Virus record (IMG/VR): IMGVR_UViG_3300014491_000004
Location: 1 to 53,686 of that record
DNA length: 53,686 bases
Strand: one strand, 5' to 3'
Origin: a virus
Taxonomy: Duplodnaviria > Caudoviricetes
Below, in pieces: positions 35,553-43,796 of the stretch. Numbering within the stretch: the first letter of the stretch is position 1; each line of letters begins with the position of its first letter. Made by a program: the position numbers and the translations under genes. The notes below the pieces were generated by a model. That model had not been told where the DNA came from. It ran no database searches and saw nothing but the letters and a program-made list of their open reading frames with translations.

Positions 35553-36221
35553 TTAGTTTGTATATAACAAACTGCGACCTGTAGAGTCTCCAGTGTTCAA
35601 ACCACCATCAAGGAAATCTCCGTAAACCGATCCACGGCAATCCAGTATATCTGTAGCCATAATTGTGCAATCTTCTGCTACAGCTGCCGTATCAATCGTA
35701 AATGATGTATTGTAGCTTTCCATCCAACACCCTTCATATAATGTTGCTACTGCATATAAACCAGGGTTACCAAGGTTATTCAAACCACCTTCATTTCCAT
35801 TCAATGTGTCTGGAATTGCCTGACCACGGTTGGGATCTTCAGAAGCTAGTTGCGAGAAAATAATTTCTGTTTTGATATCAAATGGCCAGCGATGATGTTT
35901 AAGGGATCGTACAGCACCACTTACTCCTGATTTATACCCTAATGCTTGCTGTAAGTTCAACAAATACAAACAAGTACGGGTCATAGTGATTTGCAGGGGT
36001 TGAGTAACACCAGGCACTAACTCTGCTACTTGGTCTCCATACCCCAAACCACGAACAGCATCAATTGTTTTAGATTCTGACCAACTAAACGTACTGGTAA
36101 CACCTAATTTAATAAATGCTCCAACATTTACCATGTCAGTAAATATTTTGAAGCGACTACTAATTACTGATTCAGTATTAGGTGTAGTTCCTTGACGATA
36201 TACATAGCCACCTTCAGCCAT
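35553..36221 (-). CDS. Tail tube protein
   Basis: 222 aa with a strong AAGGAG SD. LGVTSTFSWSES..IDAVRGLG.GD..AELVPG, WPFDI and YEGCWM.SY match myophage tube patterns. It lies downstream of the sheath. Confidence 0.8.
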   Translation of the reverse strand: MAEGGYVYRQGTTPNTESVISSRFKIFTDMVNVGAFIKLGVTSTFSWSESKTIDAVRGLGYGDQVAELVPGVTQPLQITMTRTCLYLLNLQQALGYKSGVSGAVRSLKHHRWPFDIKTEIIFSQLASEDPNRGQAIPDTLNGNEGGLNNLGNPGLYAVATLYEGCWMESYNTSFTIDTAAVAEDCTIMATDILDCRGSVYGDFLDGGLNTGDSTGRSLLYTN

Positions 36222-36312
36222 AATTTTATTTCTCCTTTACGGTTCTGGTTCCGTAAAAAGTCTACCATTTTGAATAGCAGCTCCTTTACACCCAAACCTT
36301 TAGCTTTCCTAG

Positions 36313-36384
36313 TTACCCAGCTTCTATATGAGACCTTGAAAGATGTTTACCTAATAATGATTGTCTTACATGATCAATATGTTC
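36313..36384 (-). pseudogene. Decayed NUMOD3-like homing endonuclease fragment
   Basis: A start-less frame reads EHIDHVRQSLLGKHLSRSHIEAG*, and a shifted frame continues WVTRKAKG. Confidence 0.45.
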
Positions 36385-36396
36385 TTACTATATAAA

Positions 36397-36487
36397 TCGG
36401 GGAACACTACCTTCGTTCCATCATCGTTTCGTAACTACATAACGGCCCTAAGGCTGCGCTGCACGATGCCCAGTATTTGTTCCCCGA
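36397..36487. ncRNA. Candidate structured RNA element (long bulged hairpin)
   Basis: tcggggaaca/tgttccccga closing stem, inner catcgt/acgatg stem and apical cggcc-ctaa-ggctg hairpin. Confidence 0.45.
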
Positions 36488-36505
36488 ACTCTTATACTAC
36501 TGTGG

Positions 36506-38395
36506 TTACACAGCGGCGGCTAACTCCAAACCGCCCAACATAGATGATTTTTTATTTTTCTCTTTGATCATCGCTGCTTCTGCTTCACTCTCTTCAGCTT
36601 GCTGTTGTTTGCTGAGTGTTTTAGTAGCATTTTCAAACATAGCCGCCGCGCGGAAAATTGATTCTACTGCCTCTCGCACTGGACGAGAATCATTTACCAA
36701 GGTAAGAGATTTTGCTTCTAAGTATTTCTTTTTAAGTTCATTACCTATAGTTTCTGACTGCTTTACAGCCTTACTTACAGTCATATCAGCAGCTAATTTG
36801 ATAGGAGCTGTTGTAGCTGGACGCTCTAGTTTAGCTGGAGCTTCATCTAGCATACTGTGAGCTTCCCCAACTTCTGGTGTACGCCCACCATCTTCAACGA
36901 CTTTACCTTTTTCCCCGATATCAAAAGACCATGCACCGCCAGCAGCACCGGAAGCATATTTTGCTGCTAGTTCTCGATACATACTAGCTTGACGCTTTTT
37001 CCAATGCGCCAATGCTGCCATACGCCGTGGAACGGTATCTGTTTCATCATCAGATTCTTTGTAATGAGGAGAGTCCCCTTTATTTTTCATGTAATAAGCC
37101 AAGGCAAAAGGATTATCAATATCTTTATGATCCTTCATATGTTCAACCGTACCGCCCCAACCTTCAGGAGATACACTTTCTTTATCTGTAAATGCTCCAG
37201 CTTCCATCACCGGATCGTTTTCTCCGAGATCCCCAGGCAACATACCTGTGGGGGCTATGCCTTCTTCTTGAAGTCCGTGATCAAAAAAACGATCATCCTC
37301 AGGGTTTTCTGGGTGCATATGTTGTTCTTGTTCATCCATGTCTGGTAAACTACCAGGTGCATGGCTGGGTTCTACGCCAGATTCATCAACTTTTAAATTG
37401 TGTAATTGATATCTTTCATCGGCAACTTTTTCAGATGCTGCTAAATTCAAACCGCCTAACTCAATCGGCGCTTGACCTGGGATTGGATTACCATTATTGG
37501 TACTAGAGTCAGAATCCATTTTATTCGTGGAGTGTGATCCGCTTCCATGACCAACATCACCTATATTTCCATTACCACCCATTGCATGGTCACCGAGATC
37601 AGCTCTCTTATTTGAGGCTGCAATTGGTGTATTTGCTAAGGCTGGGGCTGGAGCTACTGGTGCTTGTCCCTGTCCTTCGGGTTGTTCCGGAGGTAAAATA
37701 GGACGCGATTTAAGAATTTCCGTCAACTTGATTAAAGCATCTTGCTTAGGTTTACTTTGAGCAAAATCTTCTTCCTTTGGCATATCGCCAATAATTTTAA
37801 TCAAAGCATCCGTTGGAATATAATCAATTGGATTCACTTCGCCGCCTGCATCTTGCGGGGTAGTGGGTGGAGCAGATACTGGGTCCATTGCCACGGGTTC
37901 AGCGGCTGGGTCAGAAACATCAGTAGCGGGATTGGCCATAGGGTCAGCAATTGGAGGTTCTGGGATAGCTTCTTTCTTCTTCTTCGCCGCTAAACGGGGT
38001 ACTTCCATTTTTTCGGGTGTTTTTGGTTCGCCCTTTTCATCGCGGTCTGTAACAAATGCACCAGCGTTTGCTTTCTTAGTAGAACCTTGTTTTCGCCAAT
38101 TTAAAATCATATCAACCTCTCTCTTGATTGTGTTTGCCTCTTGTGGCATTACTGCATCATCCATATAGTTTTCAATAGTGGATGCCCCTTCTGATTTCAT
38201 GCTTTGTGGGTCCTTCTTCAGGACACTTGTCAAATGCTCGACTATTCGCTGAAGTTCATCCACTCGGGGGTCATTTTGATTCTTACTCATCCATTCTTGC
38301 TTTAGAATACTAGCTTGTTGAATAGCATCTTCCATTGTTTGCTTGCTAACTGCTACTGTCGCTTTTATTCTTCGGCTAATAAGTTTAGATTTCAC
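36506..38395 (-). CDS. Putative internal head protein (acidic, modular)
   Basis: 629 aa with K-x-A sites, a GAFVTDRDEKGEPKTPEKMEVPR motif shared with 736..1458, and an SPEGW.GTV..MK...IDNPFALAYYMK.KG mini-domain. Confidence 0.6.
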   Translation of the reverse strand: MKSKLISRRIKATVAVSKQTMEDAIQQASILKQEWMSKNQNDPRVDELQRIVEHLTSVLKKDPQSMKSEGASTIENYMDDAVMPQEANTIKREVDMILNWRKQGSTKKANAGAFVTDRDEKGEPKTPEKMEVPRLAAKKKKEAIPEPPIADPMANPATDVSDPAAEPVAMDPVSAPPTTPQDAGGEVNPIDYIPTDALIKIIGDMPKEEDFAQSKPKQDALIKLTEILKSRPILPPEQPEGQGQAPVAPAPALANTPIAASNKRADLGDHAMGGNGNIGDVGHGSGSHSTNKMDSDSSTNNGNPIPGQAPIELGGLNLAASEKVADERYQLHNLKVDESGVEPSHAPGSLPDMDEQEQHMHPENPEDDRFFDHGLQEEGIAPTGMLPGDLGENDPVMEAGAFTDKESVSPEGWGGTVEHMKDHKDIDNPFALAYYMKNKGDSPHYKESDDETDTVPRRMAALAHWKKRQASMYRELAAKYASGAAGGAWSFDIGEKGKVVEDGGRTPEVGEAHSMLDEAPAKLERPATTAPIKLAADMTVSKAVKQSETIGNELKKKYLEAKSLTLVNDSRPVREAVESIFRAAAMFENATKTLSKQQQAEESEAEAAMIKEKNKKSSMLGGLELAAAV

Positions 38396-38405
38396 TCATT
38401 TTCCC

Positions 38406-38852
38406 CTATACAGTTGTATCTGAAATTGTAGGAACTACCACTTGTGATCGTAATATTGCCATTGCCTGTGCAATTCTACCTGTGCCTGCTGTCATCATAA
38501 TATTTGCCCATGCTTGACAAGCCTCACTTGGATTATTTGTTACACAGTCCAAAGGTCCTTGTATTGGAGCCGGGATATTTGGATTTTGAGGTCCTGGCAA
38601 GGCTTCCATGAATCGTACTATAAAACTCGATAATTGAGTTGTAATTCCCACCCATTGTTCTGTTAAAGGAAAAGCAAAAGTAAACGATGGATTATTGGGA
38701 TCATTAAAATTTCCAGCGATGTTAATTTGGGGATCTCCAAAAGCAGCAATTTTTTGCTTGTCACTAGTATCTGTGGGGTCGCCAACAAATAAACATTGGA
38801 GTTGGATACTTATGATTCCGTTAGCTTGAGTCAAGATCGCGTGAACCTTCAT
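38406..38852 (-). CDS. Hypothetical virion protein
   Basis: 148-aa ORF with an AAGGA SD, between the sheath and tube genes. Confidence 0.6.
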   Translation of the reverse strand: MKVHAILTQANGIISIQLQCLFVGDPTDTSDKQKIAAFGDPQINIAGNFNDPNNPSFTFAFPLTEQWVGITTQLSSFIVRFMEALPGPQNPNIPAPIQGPLDCVTNNPSEACQAWANIMMTAGTGRIAQAMAILRSQVVVPTISDTTV

Positions 38853-38953
38853 ACTTTTCCTTGCCCTTTTTTCCTAAGACATTTACACATAGCTTAAACT
38901 CCAGCTTGAGCGGCTTGCGCTCTAGTTATTGGATTTATCTATTAATCCCCAAC

Positions 38954-41900
38954 TTATAACACAGTTACGACATTAAAAGTCACTACCAAATAAAGCAAAC
39001 AAAACATAGGTTTAAAAGTCACAGTAACATCAACCTCTGTCGGGTCATTTGGATTCTCTCTAACCTCAGGTGTATCATACGCTGTGATGATATAGTTGCT
39101 TACTTCAGATGTCAGACGAGCAATACATACATTGGTGATATCTGTGAGTAAACTATCCTTAATCTTGCGCCCAACGAATTGCTGTAAATCAGCTCTAAAC
39201 GCCTGCGCTGTATAGTCAGCAATTGTTGTTGATGTTGGTATCCTGGTCAAGTCGTTTGCTGGATTAGTGGTAAGATAATCTCTGATCTGTAAAGCTCCGT
39301 TGTTGTTCAAGAGTAATGTCAAACCATCACTTGCCATCAAATCCATTGTTGCATCGTCGTATGTAATCAGCAATCGACTAAATCCTACGAGGTTTTGTAG
39401 AACTAAGTTGGTTGCCACATCATTTGCTGGATTGCAGTTTGCACCAGCTAAAGCCGCCGCCATGAATGGTCCATCAACTAAATATTCATCCGCTTGGAAG
39501 GTTGTAGAGTTTGTTACCAATACACCGGCCGCAGCATTACCGATTGCAACTACACGCTGATTGAGCAGTGAACGGGCATTTGCGCGAGCTTGATTGGCTG
39601 TTGTGAATTGACTGTATCCCACGAATCCAATAGCTTCACCTTTATAACGTGCAGTTGCCTGTGAGGACAATTGATTGCTGAGGGCTTGGTGTACCACTGG
39701 GTCGTTGGACAAAGGCACTACAACATTCGCCTTGGTATTGAACCCTGGTAAATTACTTTTGAGTTGTTGCAAAGCAGCGATGTAATCAGCACTAGAAGCG
39801 AGATTGGTTCCCTGTTGAACAGGTACTTGAATGGCTCCGAAGGTCTGCATACCATTCAGCGCTGCTAGTTGAATACCTAAAGACAGACGATTGATCGTGC
39901 TTGGTTGTCCGTAAGCGGCGTAAGCATCTGAAGGATTGGTGTAAATTTTGCAAGCATAATCAGATGCTACCTTATTTGTTGTGTAACTTACATAATAGTA
40001 AGTTCCGATGGCGGGCTCGTTGCCGCTTCCTCTTACTGTGGTAACAATTACTGAATCTCCTGCTGTTGAACCAAATGTACTGGTTACTTTTGTTGTACAA
40101 CCAAAAATTGCCACTTCATTATTTGATTGACAAGGCGGTACACTAGGGGTACCAGTATAACGTTGTTGCAGAGAGGTAGCGGATGTTGGAGAACTCCCCG
40201 TAGCTGGGGTGTTTACATTGAATACCAGCCTGTCTCCCGGTACAAAGTTGTAACTCTGAGGCAGTGATGTAATTCCGTAAGCTACATGGTCTGCTGGATT
40301 GACGATTGTTACACGGAAACCTGTAACCAAATCAATATAGGTTTGGTCTAAGTACCCGATGTTACTTCCGCCCGTACCTGTGCCCGTGGCTAAATTAGAT
40401 GTAACTGTATAACTATGAGTCACAGGAGTTGTGGTAGCATTTTGTCCACCCGTCAAACTAGTTGCCGCGGTAACTCTGGGCGATCCACTGGGGGATAAAG
40501 CTGTGATTTGTCCACCATTTGTAGTTTCAGCGGATGGAAAATAACTAGCAATTTGAGCAGAAGTATTTAGAGTTCCGTTCCAAAAGGCATAGATTGTAAC
40601 TAAATTCCCCTGAACTACGACTGGTTGAGGATTAATTGTAGTTGTATCAATTGCAATTTGAACATCATTTCCCCCCACCCCTGTTGTGCTAGCAACAAAT
40701 GTCAAAGAGCCTGATGCGAATGGAATTGTAAGGGTGGCCTGTGATGCTCCAATCACAGTAGCATTGCCATCATTGTTGAAAGTAAGAGTTACTGTTTCAG
40801 TTGGAGACCCATTATCATCTACTGCGTCAGAGAAATTGAATGGGTACACGATCCCAGTAGCCGCGAATGCCCCTTCTTGAGTTACAGAAGATGATCCAGC
40901 ATTAAAAGTTACCAGGGGCATATAACGATTCAAGTTATCTTGAATTACATATGTGCCGAACCCGGAAAATCCTGGTTGCACTACAGTAAGAGTGTACTCT
41001 TGATCTTCTAAAGTATTGCGATAGTAAGATGCGTACACATTGGTGCCAGCTGGGGGAGGATTATATAAAGTTACTTGTTGAGCCAAGCCATTCACTGCGG
41101 CTACTGTAACAGCCCCACTCTGGAAAGCTACCAATGGATTTACGCCAACGTATACAGTTACCAAATTTGGATTATTAGTTGGTGTTGCATTTCCACTTCC
41201 AGTAGTTGGTGTATCCGGTAAAGTGAATACAGCATTTTTACCATTTACAGCGCCAGACAAAAGTCGGAGCCACACAACTTCATCGACCGAGGTTGTAAGA
41301 ACTTCCGCTGGACTGAACGGCGTATCACCTGTATTATCCGTACCCAACACAGTGCTGACATTATTACCCCAGTTTACCGTATTAGCTACAGGATTGCCCA
41401 ATCTGTCATAAGCTACACCCAAACTAAAATCAACATCAAGGTTGTATGTACTAGTGTTTGGACCTAAACCAATTTGAGTAATGCTGGCTACATTTGCGCT
41501 AGGGAGAAGATCATAAGTATTTTGCCAAGTATTGGTGTAATAAGTGAATGTAAGAGTCTGACCGTAAGCTACACTACTAGCAAGAGTTACAAGACCTTGA
41601 GCACCGTTAACTGCGGATACTGTAACTGGATTTCCGTTTACCATGGCGATTACATTTGTTGGAGTTGTGGTAACAATTCCACCATTTGTCCCATCTGTAA
41701 TTGGAATATTTTGTACTTGGAAGACTGTGTTACTGCCTTGACCCACACCGCCCGCGAATGGCGTTGCACCTGTTGATACTGTTAATTGAGCTGATGGGTC
41801 ACCAGTAATGGAACCAGAAGTTAAATACCCACCATCCAAAGTAGGAATATTTCCAAGGTTTACTAAATTGTAGAGAGATTGTAAGGTACGGATTCCACCA

Positions 41901-42601
41901 AAATATTGACCTGTGGGGCCACTAATATCAATTGTGATTGCATCGGTCCCCGCACCTATTACTGCTTGAGCGTCGGGTATATTCTTGCCGCTGTTAATAA
42001 ATTGAAGTGTAACTAAATTACCTGTAGCACCTGGTTTTGTTAAACTAAGAGTTATGGAACCTGTACCAGCGGGTGACCCACTTGGTCCACCAGCTACAGT
42101 TTGTACGGCGTATTGTGGTACTTGAAAAGTATCATTTTCTTGTTGGATATAAGTATCACCGCGTTTGAAATAGTATGAGATTGTTAAATCAGTACCAGCA
42201 GGGATGATATCTTGAGTTACAAATTGTCCGGTTGCTCCAACGAGTGAAATTACAGTGACAGGAACCACATTACCGTTGGAATAAACGGCTTGACATTGAA
42301 TTAAGGCTGGGTTATTTGTGGTAATACCTTTTCCAGAGCCATCTACCACTGGGTAAAATGTGGTTTGGAAACTTTGAGTCAACCCCGAAGCGCATTGATC
42401 GGAAATATTTTCATTCACTGATTGGTCATCTGCAACTGATGAAGACCCACGGAACAATTCCACGTTATTGAAGGTGAAAAATTGTTGACCTTCACCAATA
42501 AATACAGGAATTCTAACTGCTACATTAGCTGTTGCTGCTTGAGCAATGAACTGCTCAAATGTAAAAACTCCGGGTGCGGCATATGAACTAAACAAGGCCA
42601 T
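38954..42601 (-). CDS. Contractile tail sheath protein with inserted Ig-like domains
   Basis: N-terminal Y.APGVF...IPVFIGEG and a C-terminal sheath domain (AAALAG...L..DGL.LL...FVGRK...DPTEVDV.V.FKPMF.L.Y..V.F). AGGAG SD. Confidence 0.9.
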   Translation of the reverse strand: MALFSSYAAPGVFTFEQFIAQAATANVAVRIPVFIGEGQQFFTFNNVELFRGSSSVADDQSVNENISDQCASGLTQSFQTTFYPVVDGSGKGITTNNPALIQCQAVYSNGNVVPVTVISLVGATGQFVTQDIIPAGTDLTISYYFKRGDTYIQQENDTFQVPQYAVQTVAGGPSGSPAGTGSITLSLTKPGATGNLVTLQFINSGKNIPDAQAVIGAGTDAITIDISGPTGQYFGGIRTLQSLYNLVNLGNIPTLDGGYLTSGSITGDPSAQLTVSTGATPFAGGVGQGSNTVFQVQNIPITDGTNGGIVTTTPTNVIAMVNGNPVTVSAVNGAQGLVTLASSVAYGQTLTFTYYTNTWQNTYDLLPSANVASITQIGLGPNTSTYNLDVDFSLGVAYDRLGNPVANTVNWGNNVSTVLGTDNTGDTPFSPAEVLTTSVDEVVWLRLLSGAVNGKNAVFTLPDTPTTGSGNATPTNNPNLVTVYVGVNPLVAFQSGAVTVAAVNGLAQQVTLYNPPPAGTNVYASYYRNTLEDQEYTLTVVQPGFSGFGTYVIQDNLNRYMPLVTFNAGSSSVTQEGAFAATGIVYPFNFSDAVDDNGSPTETVTLTFNNDGNATVIGASQATLTIPFASGSLTFVASTTGVGGNDVQIAIDTTTINPQPVVVQGNLVTIYAFWNGTLNTSAQIASYFPSAETTNGGQITALSPSGSPRVTAATSLTGGQNATTTPVTHSYTVTSNLATGTGTGGSNIGYLDQTYIDLVTGFRVTIVNPADHVAYGITSLPQSYNFVPGDRLVFNVNTPATGSSPTSATSLQQRYTGTPSVPPCQSNNEVAIFGCTTKVTSTFGSTAGDSVIVTTVRGSGNEPAIGTYYYVSYTTNKVASDYACKIYTNPSDAYAAYGQPSTINRLSLGIQLAALNGMQTFGAIQVPVQQGTNLASSADYIAALQQLKSNLPGFNTKANVVVPLSNDPVVHQALSNQLSSQATARYKGEAIGFVGYSQFTTANQARANARSLLNQRVVAIGNAAAGVLVTNSTTFQADEYLVDGPFMAAALAGANCNPANDVATNLVLQNLVGFSRLLITYDDATMDLMASDGLTLLLNNNGALQIRDYLTTNPANDLTRIPTSTTIADYTAQAFRADLQQFVGRKIKDSLLTDITNVCIARLTSEVSNYIITAYDTPEVRENPNDPTEVDVTVTFKPMFCLLYLVVTFNVVTVL

Positions 42602-42612
42602 AATAATATCTC

Positions 42613-43404
42613 CTAATAACTGATTGCTGCCATTCTATTTAAGGTAGTAAAAGTCTGTTTTTCATTATGATATTGAACAAGTTGTTGTAAATAAGCCATA
42701 AACTCATCATATGACATATGTCTTTTAGCCCAATTACAGGGTCTACAACAAGGAACACAGTTCTCTAAAAAATATCCAAGAGTGCCATTTTTACGATCAA
42801 TTCCATTGTAGATATAAGGTCCATTACTTTCTTTTTCATAACTCGTATTGGATGGAGACATACCACAATAATGACAGTTTTGTTGAATAAGTATAAAAAA
42901 CTGTTCATCCGTTAGCCCCCAAATATGCGATCGTGTTTTTGCGTTTCTTTTATATCCTCTAAGCACGCGCAATCTACAAGCCTCTCCTAACGGTTTACGC
43001 CATAAACAACCACAACTTCTAGTTGGATGTTTTCGACTCGTCAAAGATGCCGTACAATAAGTTTTCTCTGGACTTCCACAATCGCATTGAACACGCCAAA
43101 TAGCATAGCCTCTCTTACGATCATCGGTATATCCAAGAACTACTAATTTACCAAATCTTTGTCCTGTTATATCTACCCATTTCTTTTTAGTCTTCTTACC
43201 TTTCATTATCCTGATTTCATGAGCAAGACATCCGCAACTACGTGTGCATCTGTTGCGAAGAGATGCTCCACTAATAAGTTTCTCTTTACCGCAGTCACAA
43301 ATACAATTCCAATAAGTTATTTTATTTTTAGTTGAGTTATAACTAAGAACCAAAATACGATCAAATCTTTGTCCTGTTATATCTATTCTATTTTTTCCAC
43401 CCAT
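42613..43404 (-). CDS. HNH homing endonuclease with DITGQRF..L.V..W.C.CDCG repeats
   Basis: Two DITGQRF...CDCG...RSCGCL repeats, then CHYCG...NGIDR....GY...NCVPCC..CN.AK. Likely start is MGGKN at 43404. Confidence 0.85.
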   Translation of the reverse strand: MGGKNRIDITGQRFDRILVLSYNSTKNKITYWNCICDCGKEKLISGASLRNRCTRSCGCLAHEIRIMKGKKTKKKWVDITGQRFGKLVVLGYTDDRKRGYAIWRVQCDCGSPEKTYCTASLTSRKHPTRSCGCLWRKPLGEACRLRVLRGYKRNAKTRSHIWGLTDEQFFILIQQNCHYCGMSPSNTSYEKESNGPYIYNGIDRKNGTLGYFLENCVPCCRPCNWAKRHMSYDEFMAYLQQLVQYHNEKQTFTTLNRMAAISY

Positions 43405-43405
43405 A

Positions 43406-43762
43406 TTAATCATCCAAAGGTTCTGGTGTACTAACAAAATCCAACCTAGTTTTAGTGCTTGGTTCATACTTTCCGTCCACTTTGGCTAAGATTTGTTTAC
43501 CACTTTCTTTTCGGATTTTGTCTTTAACTGCCGCTCGATCATGAATGATTCCCCAGCGTTCGGCGGCATCTTTACCAATTGCTACATCTAAGGATGGGTT
43601 GGACATATTTCCTGTAAGCACAGCGATTTGTGATACTTTTTGTTCTGTCAAACCACCACATTTAGAACAGGGAATAGTATCTGGGCGATCCCCCATAGAA
43701 CAAATATGTTCAGTAACCACTCCGCAGGATTCGGTTAGGCACAAAAACTCATAAATAGCGAT
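43406..43762 (-). CDS. FmdB-like Zn-ribbon protein with an apparent ATC start
   Basis: (M)AIYEFLC...CG....CSKCG pattern. The GAGGG SD is spaced correctly for the ATC at 43762. Confidence 0.65.
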   Translation of the reverse strand: MAIYEFLCLTESCGVVTEHICSMGDRPDTIPCSKCGGLTEQKVSQIAVLTGNMSNPSLDVAIGKDAAERWGIIHDRAAVKDKIRKESGKQILAKVDGKYEPSTKTRLDFVSTPEPLDD

Positions 43763-43796
43763 ATAATTACCCTCTGTATAGAGTTTTGAAGACGAT

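Noticed and set aside
36420-36470. Pistol or hammerhead ribozyme (UUAGGGCC, GAAAC-like words)
   Set aside because: The required P1/pseudoknot pairing and the CUGAnGA core are absent. Kept only as an unassigned structure.
1541-41776. Numerous 60-170 aa antisense or alternative-frame ORFs inside the long genes
   Set aside because: They are shadows of the dominant minus-strand genes, with no SD or recognisable motifs.
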